In this document: piece after piece, positions 30,579 through 40,025 of the stretch | Layout: every line of letters begins with the position of its first letter | How positions within the stretch are numbered: the first letter of the stretch is position 1 | IMG/VR virus record: IMGVR_UViG_3300009105_000005 | Span: 1-64,000 of that record | Source of the DNA: an uncultured virus (IMG/VR IMGVR_UViG_3300009105_000005) | Lineage: Duplodnaviria > Heunggongvirae > Uroviricota > Caudoviricetes | DNA: 64,000 nt | Reading direction: 5' to 3' (one strand) | Notes under the pieces: generated by a model | What the model was told of the DNA's origin: nothing | What the model saw: the letters and a program-made list of their open reading frames with translations, nothing else | Databases searched by the model: none | Made by a program: the position numbers and the translations under genes

Positions 30579-32267
30579 TTAAGAATCTTTTAAGATTTCT
30601 TCGGGAACAATGCCGGCCAGATCAGTTCCGGATTTAATAAGCAAATCGATCAACTCGCCCTTTTTGCAAACTTCAAAGCTGCCGTTACCAAGAGTTTGCC
30701 CCAGGTAGTCCTTAATTTCCGGACGTTCTGCAATCTTGAACTTATCATCGTTGAGCAGAGTGATGATTTCAGCTTTTTGTTTCTTTTTAAGGAAATCTTC
30801 GGTTATCATCCATTCTGCTTGAAGATCAACACCGACAAGATCAGCAATTTTGAAACGGCCGCTTGCTGAAAATCCTGAACTCATAATGGTTTCAACTGCC
30901 GTGGTTTGCAGAAGTTGTTTAACCGAACTAATGTCCAGGCCATTGACAAAATCAACGATGTCCTTGTCGCCCATACGGAACCATTTGCTTCCGCCAAGCT
31001 TGAAATCTTCATTGAGCTTTTCATGTAGTTCCGGCCTGGCGCTGATGATGGCAATTAAAGACAGCCGATAGGACTTTTCATTGTTCGACTTGATGGCCTG
31101 AATCTTTTTTGGAATAGATGTTTCAAAATGAATTTCCCGAAACTCAACGCCATGCTTTTGAGAACGTTGCTGTGTACGTTCCTTTTTAGCCTGCATATCC
31201 AGAGTAGCTTGGGCCTGTGGGTCTTTCGGAGCCTGTTTTTCTTTAGCGTTGAAACAACTTTCTTCACCGAAGCAAGCTTTTTGCGCCCATACGCTTCCGT
31301 CCAGCCGGATAACGGACTTAAAATAATCGCAAGAAGCGCATTTTTCCTTTAAACTGCCGTCACCAAATCCGAATTCCCTGTAAGCATCCCTGTCAACCTG
31401 TTCGTTGAACTCAAACCCTGTAGTTTTATGGTCCTTATAATAACCAGTTTTTTTCCAGTGCTTTGTTAGATGTTCTCCTTGCTTTTCAGCAAAGCAGTCC
31501 GGCTTCAAACAGCTCATATTTTCGATATCATCTTTGGCGAATAAAGACTTCTGAATGTCCGAATTATGAGGACATTGCGTACAGCCAGCTTCTTTGGTTT
31601 TGAATTTAGCATTTTTGAGCTGAGGTGAAAAATTATTGATCGAACGGCGAAGTTGATCTACGCTGGTTTTGCGTCCATAACTTTCATGGTCATCAACCAT
31701 TTCATTAAACAGCTTCAAAGCAACACTCGGTTCAATACGAATAAATTGTTCCAGATGACCATAACTAAGAAAACCTTTGTTCCATGCCTGGAGGACTTTC
31801 TTTGGAAGTTCCAGTACCTTAATCCGTTTTTGAACATACGGTGCCGGCTTCCCACAGCGGTCGGCAATAACGTTGATGTCGGCGTCTTCAACGTTGTCAA
31901 TATACCTTTTGAACCCTTCGGCTTCTTCCAAAGGCGTCAGATCGTCCCGTTGAATATTTTCAGTCAGCATGAACTCAATGGCTTGATCGTCCGTCATTTC
32001 ACGAACCAATGCGGGAATTTGAAGCTCTTTCACTCCGCCGTTGCCCTTAGCGGCTTTCTTAGCAGCCTTGATACGCCGTTCACCGGCAATCAATTCGTAA
32101 TCCTTGCCATTTGGCCTTAAAAGAACCGGTTGCAAAATGCCCTGTGTTTTGATCGATTCAACAAGTTCATCAAAGTCCGGCCCCTTGAATCGCCCTCTAC
32201 CCCTGACATTAAAACCCTTAACGATGTTAATGTCGGCAAATAATACGTGCTTTAATTCTTCCGTCAT
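30579..32267 (-). CDS. ParB/Spo0J family protein with Cys-rich C-terminal extension
   Basis: SIKTQGILQPVLLR, LIAGERR and ENIQRDDLTPLEEA. Start moved to MTEELK (RBS AAGGAG). Confidence 0.9.
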   Translation of the reverse strand: MTEELKHVLFADINIVKGFNVRGRGRFKGPDFDELVESIKTQGILQPVLLRPNGKDYELIAGERRIKAAKKAAKGNGGVKELQIPALVREMTDDQAIEFMLTENIQRDDLTPLEEAEGFKRYIDNVEDADINVIADRCGKPAPYVQKRIKVLELPKKVLQAWNKGFLSYGHLEQFIRIEPSVALKLFNEMVDDHESYGRKTSVDQLRRSINNFSPQLKNAKFKTKEAGCTQCPHNSDIQKSLFAKDDIENMSCLKPDCFAEKQGEHLTKHWKKTGYYKDHKTTGFEFNEQVDRDAYREFGFGDGSLKEKCASCDYFKSVIRLDGSVWAQKACFGEESCFNAKEKQAPKDPQAQATLDMQAKKERTQQRSQKHGVEFREIHFETSIPKKIQAIKSNNEKSYRLSLIAIISARPELHEKLNEDFKLGGSKWFRMGDKDIVDFVNGLDISSVKQLLQTTAVETIMSSGFSASGRFKIADLVGVDLQAEWMITEDFLKKKQKAEIITLLNDDKFKIAERPEIKDYLGQTLGNGSFEVCKKGELIDLLIKSGTDLAGIVPEEILKDS

Positions 32268-32326
32268 GTGGTAAATCTCCTTTTTAAAATTATAGTTACA
32301 CGGCAAATTTCTTGCCGTGAAAACAA

Positions 32327-32794
32327 TTAAAATTTAATCTTATAAACCGCTATAGGTTTATATTGCAGCCAATCCGGTGGCCTGCCGGCAAGGATTGCTG
32401 GTTCTCTGTTAATAATCATCGGGCCTATATGGTCAGAAGTGTTAAGCCCTTTTTCTATAACTCCCGGCAAGGCAACATCAACGATATCATTGTTAAGAAG
32501 TTGTACCCATGCATGGAACTCAAAAGGCGGATTAAACTCAAAACCATACTCACCATAATTATTTGGACTGAGAACATACATCGAGCCTATAACGACAAAT
32601 CCACTACCAATGACGTCCAAAACAATCTTTACCTTTGTTTCGCAGTTCCAATGACGGGTTAAACCCACCATTTGAAAATTGATACTTGCGAGCTGCTGTT
32701 CAGATAGGGCATTGCCAATAACCGGCCATTGTTCCGATCCATCGAGAACCGGCTGAGGTTCGTCAAACTTGGTATTAATCGCTGTCGTTATCAT
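32327..32794 (-). CDS. Hypothetical protein
   Basis: Overlapping ORF in operon. Confidence 0.5.
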   Translation of the reverse strand: MITTAINTKFDEPQPVLDGSEQWPVIGNALSEQQLASINFQMVGLTRHWNCETKVKIVLDVIGSGFVVIGSMYVLSPNNYGEYGFEFNPPFEFHAWVQLLNNDIVDVALPGVIEKGLNTSDHIGPMIINREPAILAGRPPDWLQYKPIAVYKIKF

Positions 32795-33695
32795 CTCTAA
32801 TCAACCTTGGCATTATGGGTTTGCGCTCAATGGTTCTGGTTTTCTCAGTAGGGCTGACTTTTTCAGCATTTGTTGAAAAACCCATTTTTAGTGAATTGCC
32901 TTGAACAATACCGGACGGCGGACCATCGAAAAAATTAACCGGCTTGACTAGCCACGGAACATAAAAATAGCCGTTAAGCTTGCAGGCTTTAACGCAGATC
33001 GGATCGATATCAACACCATATAAATTCAAGCTGTAATTACTGGCGTACATAAGAAATCGACCCGAACCTACACAGGGATCGCAGACCGACATAGTGTGTT
33101 GATCTTTATCTTCGGGAGCATCTGTAAAACTCATTTGAGTCATAAAATCGACTATATGATGTGGCGTAGGGAAAAAAGCATTCGGGTTTGTCCAGTAAGT
33201 CTTGCCTGCCTTAGCTTCCGAAATAATCTCGCCTAAATAATCGTGGGGCTTTTGGATAAACGGGCCCAGGTTGAACGTCCGATACCAAAGCTCATTGACC
33301 TTTTCGGAAATTCGCGGCTTTTCATTCCCTTCTCCGAACCCCCATAGCAGCCAATCGAAAAACTCCGAATGACCGACTGAGTGCATCAGACAATGATGAT
33401 GTTCCAAACAATTACGTAGATTTTTCATTGGTTCAGGATCAGCATGACCAAGAAACTTGATCTGAGGAATCGGTTCATCAAATAGTTCGCCGTTCAGTAT
33501 GGTTCTAAACCAATAATTCCAGCGCTTACTGCCGACCAATTCGTCAATTTGAAGCATATACGGCCAGAACCAGCCCTTATAAGCTTTCTGCTCAAATGTA
33601 TAATCATCCCATGTTGACTCACCGGCATGAATGCTTTTCAGCATTTCGGTTGCTTCAACATCGTCTGTATAATTGAAATTAAGAGCAGCTTCCAT
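32775..33695 (-). CDS. N6-MTase-like SAM-binding protein
   Basis: FFPTP, DPCVGSGR and GVDID motifs. No obvious NPPY/F. Confidence 0.7.
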   Translation of the reverse strand: MEAALNFNYTDDVEATEMLKSIHAGESTWDDYTFEQKAYKGWFWPYMLQIDELVGSKRWNYWFRTILNGELFDEPIPQIKFLGHADPEPMKNLRNCLEHHHCLMHSVGHSEFFDWLLWGFGEGNEKPRISEKVNELWYRTFNLGPFIQKPHDYLGEIISEAKAGKTYWTNPNAFFPTPHHIVDFMTQMSFTDAPEDKDQHTMSVCDPCVGSGRFLMYASNYSLNLYGVDIDPICVKACKLNGYFYVPWLVKPVNFFDGPPSGIVQGNSLKMGFSTNAEKVSPTEKTRTIERKPIMPRLIRDDNDSD

Positions 33696-34535
33696 TTAAA
33701 GTCGTACCTCTGGTCTATTATTTTTAGAATTAATCGTAACACCATAGCCGGCCGTTTCTGAATATGGTGCTGAGTCAACTATCATTTCATTTGGATCATC
33801 CGGATCGGGAATTAATGGCAGGTTATTTCTGATTTTTCCTTGAATGTTGATATACCAATCCCTAACATTAACGGGGATAAGTAAGTTTTTAATGGTTTCG
33901 CAGAGTGCTTGCATAACTTGATAACTTGTCCAGCTTGGTGATAATGAACGCCAATTCCAAATATCAGGATGCGGAAAACTTGGTTCTATGCGCTGGTATT
34001 CTTTTCTTAATTTATCGCACTGCTTTCTTTTATATTCCCAAAAAGCAATGCTATCTTTCTGTGTTGGCGTTCTATTGAAACAATTTTTACGAATCCAAAC
34101 CCTTGCAGCGCGATCTATCTCTTTTTTACTGCAATTAACGTAAAAACCGTCAAAGGCTATAATTCTGTACTTAATTGCCACCCATTTTTTAAATTTTTTA
34201 GTCCAATAAACTAACGGCTTGAAACTTTCAAATTTGCATTTTGCGTGAACATCATGCCGAAGCATATATCCAAAAGAAGTGGCAGTAGATACACTTGGCT
34301 TTATGCTTAAAACAACTCCGTCCATGGAAGTTGTTAAATAGTAAATAGTTAATTCCTTATAATCATCCCATCCATAACATGGGTATCCAAAACGCCTGAA
34401 AAGATAAGCAAACACATTGCCGTAGTTTAATTCACCCAAAATACGATATGCTTCTGCACCGGGATTAAATAATCCCGCGCTTGCACCTTTGTACTTTGCT
34501 TCAAATTTAGCTTGTTTACATAAAAAACGTGCCAT
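33696..34535 (-). CDS. Hypothetical protein
   Basis: 279-aa coupled ORF. Confidence 0.55.
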   Translation of the reverse strand: MARFLCKQAKFEAKYKGASAGLFNPGAEAYRILGELNYGNVFAYLFRRFGYPCYGWDDYKELTIYYLTTSMDGVVLSIKPSVSTATSFGYMLRHDVHAKCKFESFKPLVYWTKKFKKWVAIKYRIIAFDGFYVNCSKKEIDRAARVWIRKNCFNRTPTQKDSIAFWEYKRKQCDKLRKEYQRIEPSFPHPDIWNWRSLSPSWTSYQVMQALCETIKNLLIPVNVRDWYINIQGKIRNNLPLIPDPDDPNEMIVDSAPYSETAGYGVTINSKNNRPEVRL

Positions 34536-34536
34536 T

Positions 34537-34809
34537 TTATAAGTCCATTACCCAAAACTTACCGAGAATCCAGCCGAATTTAGTTCTTTCCAAAGGATAA
34601 ACCTCGGCTTTAATTTTCTGAGCATACTCCCATGTATTGTTATTGCCATGATGCTGTTCCCAACAGGCAACGATCGCTTCTTTGGGAGAGCATGAATATT
34701 CTGCAACGGCTTTACCGGTGTGTCTGTCATAAACCGTGACAAGGCTTTGAATCATTGAGCGTGCTGCTTTGCCCTTTAAGACTGTTTCTTCGATCATTAA
34801 AGCATCCAT
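34537..34809 (-). CDS. Hypothetical protein
   Basis: Coupled ORF. Confidence 0.5.
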   Translation of the reverse strand: MDALMIEETVLKGKAARSMIQSLVTVYDRHTGKAVAEYSCSPKEAIVACWEQHHGNNNTWEYAQKIKAEVYPLERTKFGWILGKFWVMDL

Positions 34810-34985
34810 TTGTTTAGTAAAACCTCTTTAGTAATAATAGCCATCATATCAACAAACCAGGAATCAACATGGCCGTCCCTATAAACAGCTTTGTTACCGT
34901 TGGAATTATTGACATCAACACCTAATTTTTTAGCCAGTTCTTTTAACTTAGCCATATCAGCATCCAACAAATTAATTTGAACCAT
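34797..34985 (-). CDS. Hypothetical protein
   Basis: RBS AAGGA upstream. Confidence 0.45.
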   Translation of the reverse strand: MVQINLLDADMAKLKELAKKLGVDVNNSNGNKAVYRDGHVDSWFVDMMAIITKEVLLNKWML

Positions 34986-35190
34986 TATCTGCGATTCCTT
35001 TACTTTGATTTTCTGGCCATTTTACGACGCATACGTCGCCTGGCTATTTGATTGCGAGCCATGTTGCCATGAGTGCTTTTCTTAAACTGGCTTTTCTTTA
35101 CTGAAAAACTAGGAAGTAAGCTTTTTGGCATCATGGGCCGATCATCTTGCGGAATTGGAATTGGTTTGTCCATTTTTAACCCTTTTAAAT

Positions 35191-35263
35191 TGGGAGCGGG
35201 AAGGGGAATTGAACCCCTGCGACCTGGGATATGAGCCCAAGCGGATCACCTGATCTTCCCGCG
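35191..35263 (-). tRNA. tRNA-Met(CAT), initiator-like
   Basis: Cloverleaf CGCGGGA...TTGGG CTCATAT CCCAG...GGTTCAATTCC...CCA. Unpaired C1 and three G-C pairs in the anticodon stem. Confidence 0.85.
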
Positions 35264-35324
35264 TCAAATTAAACTGGCCAGATAGAACGCTACACAGGCC
35301 AAAACAATTGTTAAAAGAACAAAA

Positions 35325-35951
35325 TCACGCACATTTTTTAAAAAGGCTAACATCAAAGTATTTATTCCTGTTGGTAAACTCATCCACATGAGGGATCAGT
35401 TCATGCACTCCCTCGATATAAAAAATATTCCGATATTTCTTGATGTTCGGAATGGGATTGTAATTCTTCCGGACTAACGGAATAACAAAGTTTAAATCAG
35501 CAAGCTCCAAGGCCGTCCGTCTGCGATCTTCAACAAAATAGTAATAACCGGATAAATGTTGCGACTTATGGCATCTGGGATGCTTTAAGACGACAGCAAA
35601 GGGCGTTTTCTTGGCAACCCTTTTGACTATCTGATAAGTCAGGCTGGCTGAATCCGGCGGCCTGGCCGTGACGATCAGCGGCGGTTCGTTGGTCTTTTCA
35701 TATAATTTGGCCAGAAGTTCCGTTGCGCCCGGGTAAATAGGTGTAGTTTTAACTTCCGTGTAAACCATCCGGTATATCTCCCATAACTTCTTGGAAGATA
35801 TGCCGGTTGCTTTGACTAAATTGAATTGGTCGTATTCAGGGTCGTTATCCTGTAAATCAAAATCATAAAGTTCTAATAGAAGCCTTTTGATCGGTGTAAC
35901 AATATCTATCAGAACTCCATCAAGGTCGAAGGCAATTGAACTTTCTGGCAT
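35325..35951 (-). CDS. HAD-family 5'(3')-nucleotidase-like protein
   Basis: FDLDGVL, IVTAR and FVEDR motifs. Confidence 0.8.
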   Translation of the reverse strand: MPESSIAFDLDGVLIDIVTPIKRLLLELYDFDLQDNDPEYDQFNLVKATGISSKKLWEIYRMVYTEVKTTPIYPGATELLAKLYEKTNEPPLIVTARPPDSASLTYQIVKRVAKKTPFAVVLKHPRCHKSQHLSGYYYFVEDRRRTALELADLNFVIPLVRKNYNPIPNIKKYRNIFYIEGVHELIPHVDEFTNRNKYFDVSLFKKCA

Positions 35952-35952
35952 A

Positions 35953-36762
35953 TTACATCTCCGTTAGTTTGCGGCGTATTGCGCTGGTAATTTTTGCAAG
36001 TTCAGGTATAACGTCCATTTCTTCTAAAATGACCAGAATTGGTACTCCGATAATGTCCTGAATTTTTCCATAAGTAGAATCATGTTCCATGCAAGGCTTA
36101 TGAGTAGCCGCATAAGTGCATCGAGTGCAGTTCTTTGAAACCACTTTGGTTTCATGGCTAATTTGGGTTGAAAAAGCGAGACAGAACGGACAAGACCATA
36201 TGTCGTTTCGAGAACTTTCAAACAAATGGGCTATTTTCCACAATTGGACACGATTAAAATCAAAAATGGCGTCTATGTCCGCATCGGTGAAATACTGCGG
36301 AAATCCATCTTTGGTGTTAAGGCCTACATAACGCTCAACAGCTTCGCATTTGACGTTCATAAAAGTACAAAGCAAAACCTTAATATCTTGCTCAGCCTGA
36401 GCTATTTGATCGAACCTGGCCTGCTTTTTAGCCTGATATTTTGCCAGAACTTCCGGATCCGCGAACATGGACAAAACATCAGTAGCACTTTCGGCTTTCA
36501 AGGTCTTCCAGATAGTGTTTCTTCCACACTCCGGACAACGATACCAACCGCCAGTCCCGGCCTCATTGGTATCGTAAAACTCTAATTTTTCGTTCGGGCA
36601 ACTGCATACAGGGCAGTCAAATCCTGTTTCAACGGCTTCAATAACCATATTTTCCACTCCTTCCATCATCCGTCTGTCACGCTCTTGATCGTAAACTCTG
36701 TCGATAAGATCGCCAATATGCTCACCCATTGTCGAATTTTCCGTCATATTTAGGCATATCAT
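35953..36762 (-). CDS. Cys-rich (zinc-binding) hypothetical protein; start uncertain
   Basis: CPVC..CPEC and CPFC..CTRC motifs. Confidence 0.55.
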   Translation of the reverse strand: MICLNMTENSTMGEHIGDLIDRVYDQERDRRMMEGVENMVIEAVETGFDCPVCSCPNEKLEFYDTNEAGTGGWYRCPECGRNTIWKTLKAESATDVLSMFADPEVLAKYQAKKQARFDQIAQAEQDIKVLLCTFMNVKCEAVERYVGLNTKDGFPQYFTDADIDAIFDFNRVQLWKIAHLFESSRNDIWSCPFCLAFSTQISHETKVVSKNCTRCTYAATHKPCMEHDSTYGKIQDIIGVPILVILEEMDVIPELAKITSAIRRKLTEM

Positions 36763-36897
36763 CGGAATTTAATACGGGGACTTTAAATAGTTCCCTCTTG
36801 ACCGACTGCGGGGCGGCATCAATAACCTGCCCTACTGTAATCCGACCTTCGGCCAAAGCCTTATCCACTTTGTTTAAAACTTCCGTTATTTCAGCCA

Positions 36898-37353
36898 TTA
36901 TTTCGTTAGCTCCTTTATGTTTTTTAAAGCCCAATCCCGCATAGCACAGGCTTCGGTTCCGCAACTGTTATGACCGCCGCCTTCACTCCAAGCATCATAA
37001 AGCTCTTTCGGAACAGGTATGGCAGCATTATAAACTTCATCGATGTCCGTGGTGTGCGGCAATCCATCACTGCCGTAAGAACCGCTGAGCGTTATGCTAT
37101 GGCCTTTAATCCTGGCAGTTCCCATCATGAAATGACCAAATTGGTGCAAAGCAACCTTGCGCACTATTGCGCGAAAATTGTCAGGGCCAAGAGGTTTATC
37201 TTTGTGTTGGATCAGAATCAAAAACCTGGCGGGCATAGTTCTTTGCTCTGTGCTTTTATAATATATTCGTGTTTTTTCGATATACATAATTTTGTATCTC
37301 TGTATGCAAATTGTTGTACGGCTTGGTACAAAAACGTCGGCACATACGGGCAA
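36898..37353 (-). CDS. Conserved phage hypothetical protein; start likely later (MPARF)
   Basis: QFGHFMMG..SGSYGSDGLP..GGGHNS..E..MRDWA pattern. Confidence 0.55.
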   Translation of the reverse strand: MPVCADVFVPSRTTICIQRYKIMYIEKTRIYYKSTEQRTMPARFLILIQHKDKPLGPDNFRAIVRKVALHQFGHFMMGTARIKGHSITLSGSYGSDGLPHTTDIDEVYNAAIPVPKELYDAWSEGGGHNSCGTEACAMRDWALKNIKELTK

Positions 37354-37432
37354 TTGCCGATGTTTTTGATTTTTAACTCAAGACCTTCAGAACCAATTTG
37401 GAAATACAAATCAACCAGATCTAAAATCGATA

Positions 37433-37765
37433 TTAAGCTGCTATTGGCATTTGCTTGGCCCAATGGACAAGCTTATCCCTGTGAGATTCAAGCTCATGGG
37501 GACATGGTCCGAAACACTTATTGCAATTAGATTGTTTTAGGCCGAGATATCCATCTTTAAGTAAAAACCCCATAAAGTACCGATCTTTTTCGGCATAAGA
37601 AATGAGTTGAGAATCTACTACAATTGCCTTATTGGCACGTAATATGCCATCTTGGAAATTGTATTTGAGATGGTCAAACATAAACTCTGCGAGCACCATA
37701 CAATTTACCACTTTGGCAATTTTAGCTAATGTTAGCTTTTTTCCCGTTGCTTCATAATGTAACAT
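37433..37765 (-). CDS. Hypothetical protein
   Basis: RBS AGGAG upstream. Confidence 0.55.
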   Translation of the reverse strand: MLHYEATGKKLTLAKIAKVVNCMVLAEFMFDHLKYNFQDGILRANKAIVVDSQLISYAEKDRYFMGFLLKDGYLGLKQSNCNKCFGPCPHELESHRDKLVHWAKQMPIAA

Positions 37766-37911
37766 TTATTTTTCTCCTGTTTGTTTGTTTAATGGGGCAG
37801 GGTCGAAGGTCGGTGTTTTAGCCCAACCGACAGGCCAGTTCCGGAGCCGTAAGTGCTATTTCACACCCTACGCCGGTTCTCCCGTGATACGACGATCCAC
37901 ATTCCCCAAAC

Positions 37912-37990
37912 TGGCAGTCCAGACGGGATTTGAACCCGCGATCTTCGGCGTGACAGGCCGACGTGATAGACCAGACTTCACTACTGGACT
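37912..37990 (-). tRNA. tRNA-Asp(GTC)
   Basis: AGTCCAG/CTGGACT acceptor, TCGGC CTGTCAC GCCGA anticodon arm, GGTTCAAATCC, encoded CCA. Confidence 0.95.
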
Positions 37991-38154
37991 ATAAAACTGT
38001 TTTCTTTGGTCTAAAACTCCGTCTCTCCGGAGTGTCACCCTTTTGTTCTCGCCACACTTCCTTGATAGGATCATTGAACGAATTTTTCGAACTCCCCGTA
38101 CCTCATGGTCTGGACACAATCAGGTCAAAGCACTTAGGCCAAAGAAAACAAAAG

Positions 38155-38228
38155 TGACGCGTACGGGATTTGAACCCGTGAATACCGGCGTGAAAGACCG
38201 GTGTGTTCGACCGCTTCACCAACGCGCC
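38155..38228 (-). tRNA. tRNA-Glu(TTC)
   Basis: GGCGCGT/ACGCGTC acceptor, CCGGT CTTTCAC GCCGG anticodon arm, GGTTCAAATCC. No encoded CCA. Confidence 0.93.
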
Positions 38229-38268
38229 ATATAAACTATAATTTAAAAAGAACAACTAAAATTACTTT

Positions 38269-38701
38269 AAAATCGCTGAACAAGATTGGTTTTCTTCTTC
38301 TTTCTGACCCACTACTGCTCGTTGGATTTCTTGTAAGGATTGATTCGCTAACAAATGACTGGATTACTCTCACCTCCTGGCACGCTATTTGACAATGGAT
38401 TTCTTTGTCCTCCTGACTCGCTATATTGTGCTGGTTTGCTTACACCAAATGACTCGCTAAATTATGTTGGGTTAATTTTTCCATAGACTCGCTGTGGTAA
38501 ATTGGGTTTCTCCCCCTTTCTGGCACACTTCAAACTTATTGGATTTCTAACCCTTTCTGATCCACTACTTTAATCTGGTTTTCTTGCCAGGGACGGTACG
38601 CTAAAGATGTCAGGGTTTCTGTATATCGATGACTCGCTACAAGATGTTGGATTTCTTAATGCCAATGACTCGCTATGACACTTAGGGTTACTAACGGACT
38701 T
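38269..38701 (-). repeat. TIGR-like guide RNA array, 12 units of ~36 nt
   Basis: Alternating 9-nt repeats (sense AGCGAGTCA and AGAAAYCCA) separated by unique 8-10-nt spacers. Second-type repeats start at 38287, 38323, 38360, 38396, 38432, 38468, 38503, 38540, 38576, 38612, 38648 and 38684. Confidence 0.9.
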
Positions 38702-39569
38702 AAGCAGCCTTCTTATGCTCCATGCCAAGCTTGGCCTCACTGTATTCAACTGAAACAGGTAAACCCTCAATCGCACGCCACGCAATATGCAGATCCACAA
38801 GAAAACGCTTCACCGCATACCGCAAAGCCATACGATGACGATGCATTTTGGTCTTTTCTTGATGGTCCGGATGATTCTCAAGACGATTCTTGTAATCATA
38901 ATAAGTCTTGGCATAATTAGACCGATCCGGCCCCAATCTCAAAAATGAAGTCCCAAGAACACCAAGCAACTTCGTCTTTAAAAACGGATTGAACGTTATG
39001 CTGTTTCGAAGCTTGGCCTCCCCGTCAGCAGCTTTATATTCAACCTCAATAAGATGCTCCTTGCGCTTACTCCGACCCTTGCCGTCCTCAGCAACGTCCA
39101 AACCCGCATACTTCCACAGTGAGGACGGATACTCCGCCTTTTCGATGTCAATCTCCGAAATAATCACACCGGCCATAGCGGGGCCCACGCCCTTAACCGA
39201 CTCCAAATACTTCGTCCAAAGCGGAAATTCAGCCAATATACCCTCTAATTGCTTAAAATGACGCTTCTCCGATTCCTCAAGTCCAATGTACTGAGAAATC
39301 AAAGCAAATTCCGTGTATGACGAAATAACACCCTCGGCCTTAAATTTCTTCCGGTTCGGCAAACTCAAAACACCGTCAGTAATCTTCCGAAAAGCAGCCC
39401 GAATGTCTTCCATGATCCGCTTACCTTCCTTGTCAAGCTCATCTTCCTTCTGACTCGGATCCAAACCCAACTTGGCCCTAAAGTTGGCAACCAACCGATT
39501 GCCAGTCTGAATTCTTAATTTCTGAACGGTATAACAACCCCGAACCATAGTCTTTAAATACTGTTTCAT
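38700..39569 (-). CDS. tasA: TasA-like RNA-binding protein (IS110 C-terminal / Nop-like fold, no nuclease domain)
   Basis: QKLRIQTGNRL coiled coil, VKGVGP..AGVIISEI, SSLWKYAGL, NPFLKTKL and HRMALRYAVKRFL. No RuvC or HNH. The array abuts its stop codon. Confidence 0.85.
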   Translation of the reverse strand: MKQYLKTMVRGCYTVQKLRIQTGNRLVANFRAKLGLDPSQKEDELDKEGKRIMEDIRAAFRKITDGVLSLPNRKKFKAEGVISSYTEFALISQYIGLEESEKRHFKQLEGILAEFPLWTKYLESVKGVGPAMAGVIISEIDIEKAEYPSSLWKYAGLDVAEDGKGRSKRKEHLIEVEYKAADGEAKLRNSITFNPFLKTKLLGVLGTSFLRLGPDRSNYAKTYYDYKNRLENHPDHQEKTKMHRHRMALRYAVKRFLVDLHIAWRAIEGLPVSVEYSEAKLGMEHKKAA

Positions 39570-39613
39570 GAATAATTCTCCTTACTTTCAGTAAGATGGT
39601 TAATAAAATTTTT

Positions 39614-39859
39614 TCAACAATTAAAATATTGGCGAAAATTATTGGTATTTTCACGATAAGCCTGCATTATGGCAAGCCTGACCGCTTTTTCAAATTCTTC
39701 CTGACTATTAAATACGATCGGTGTATTTTGGACTTGGGACTTGGGACTTTTTTCAAGATGGATAGCAACTGCTGCCAGACTGTTAGCAATCAGAGGTAGG
39801 GATGATTCTAAAATAGAGCGGAATCTTTGACCTGGATGGGTACTCCAAAAATCTTTCAA
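39614..39859 (-). CDS. Small hypothetical protein upstream of tasA
   Basis: TTG start with RBS AAGGAG. Confidence 0.55.
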   Translation of the reverse strand: MKDFWSTHPGQRFRSILESSLPLIANSLAAVAIHLEKSPKSQVQNTPIVFNSQEEFEKAVRLAIMQAYRENTNNFRQYFNC

Positions 39860-40025
39860 TTAGATATCTCCTTTTTGTAATTCTTACTATTAGTAACAAA
39901 TAATTATAAAAAAGCAAGTGTTATTTTCATATTCATAACAATTTTATAATATTTTTTAAAATTCCCTTGACATCTTAATAACTTTTATGATCGGTTTTTA
40001 TAAAAATATTCTTTGGAGGAATTTT

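Noticed and set aside
37793..37907. tRNA-Sec, 5S rRNA or SRP RNA
   Set aside because: No TCA anticodon arm or T-loop, and no 5S or SRP conserved motifs. Kept only as an unknown structured element.
38269..38701. CRISPR array
   Set aside because: Two alternating 9-nt repeats with 9-nt spacers do not fit CRISPR repeat or spacer sizes, and no cas genes are present.
38700..39569. Active IS110 transposase
   Set aside because: No N-terminal DEDD RuvC domain or catalytic Ser loop. The flanking array fits TIGR instead.
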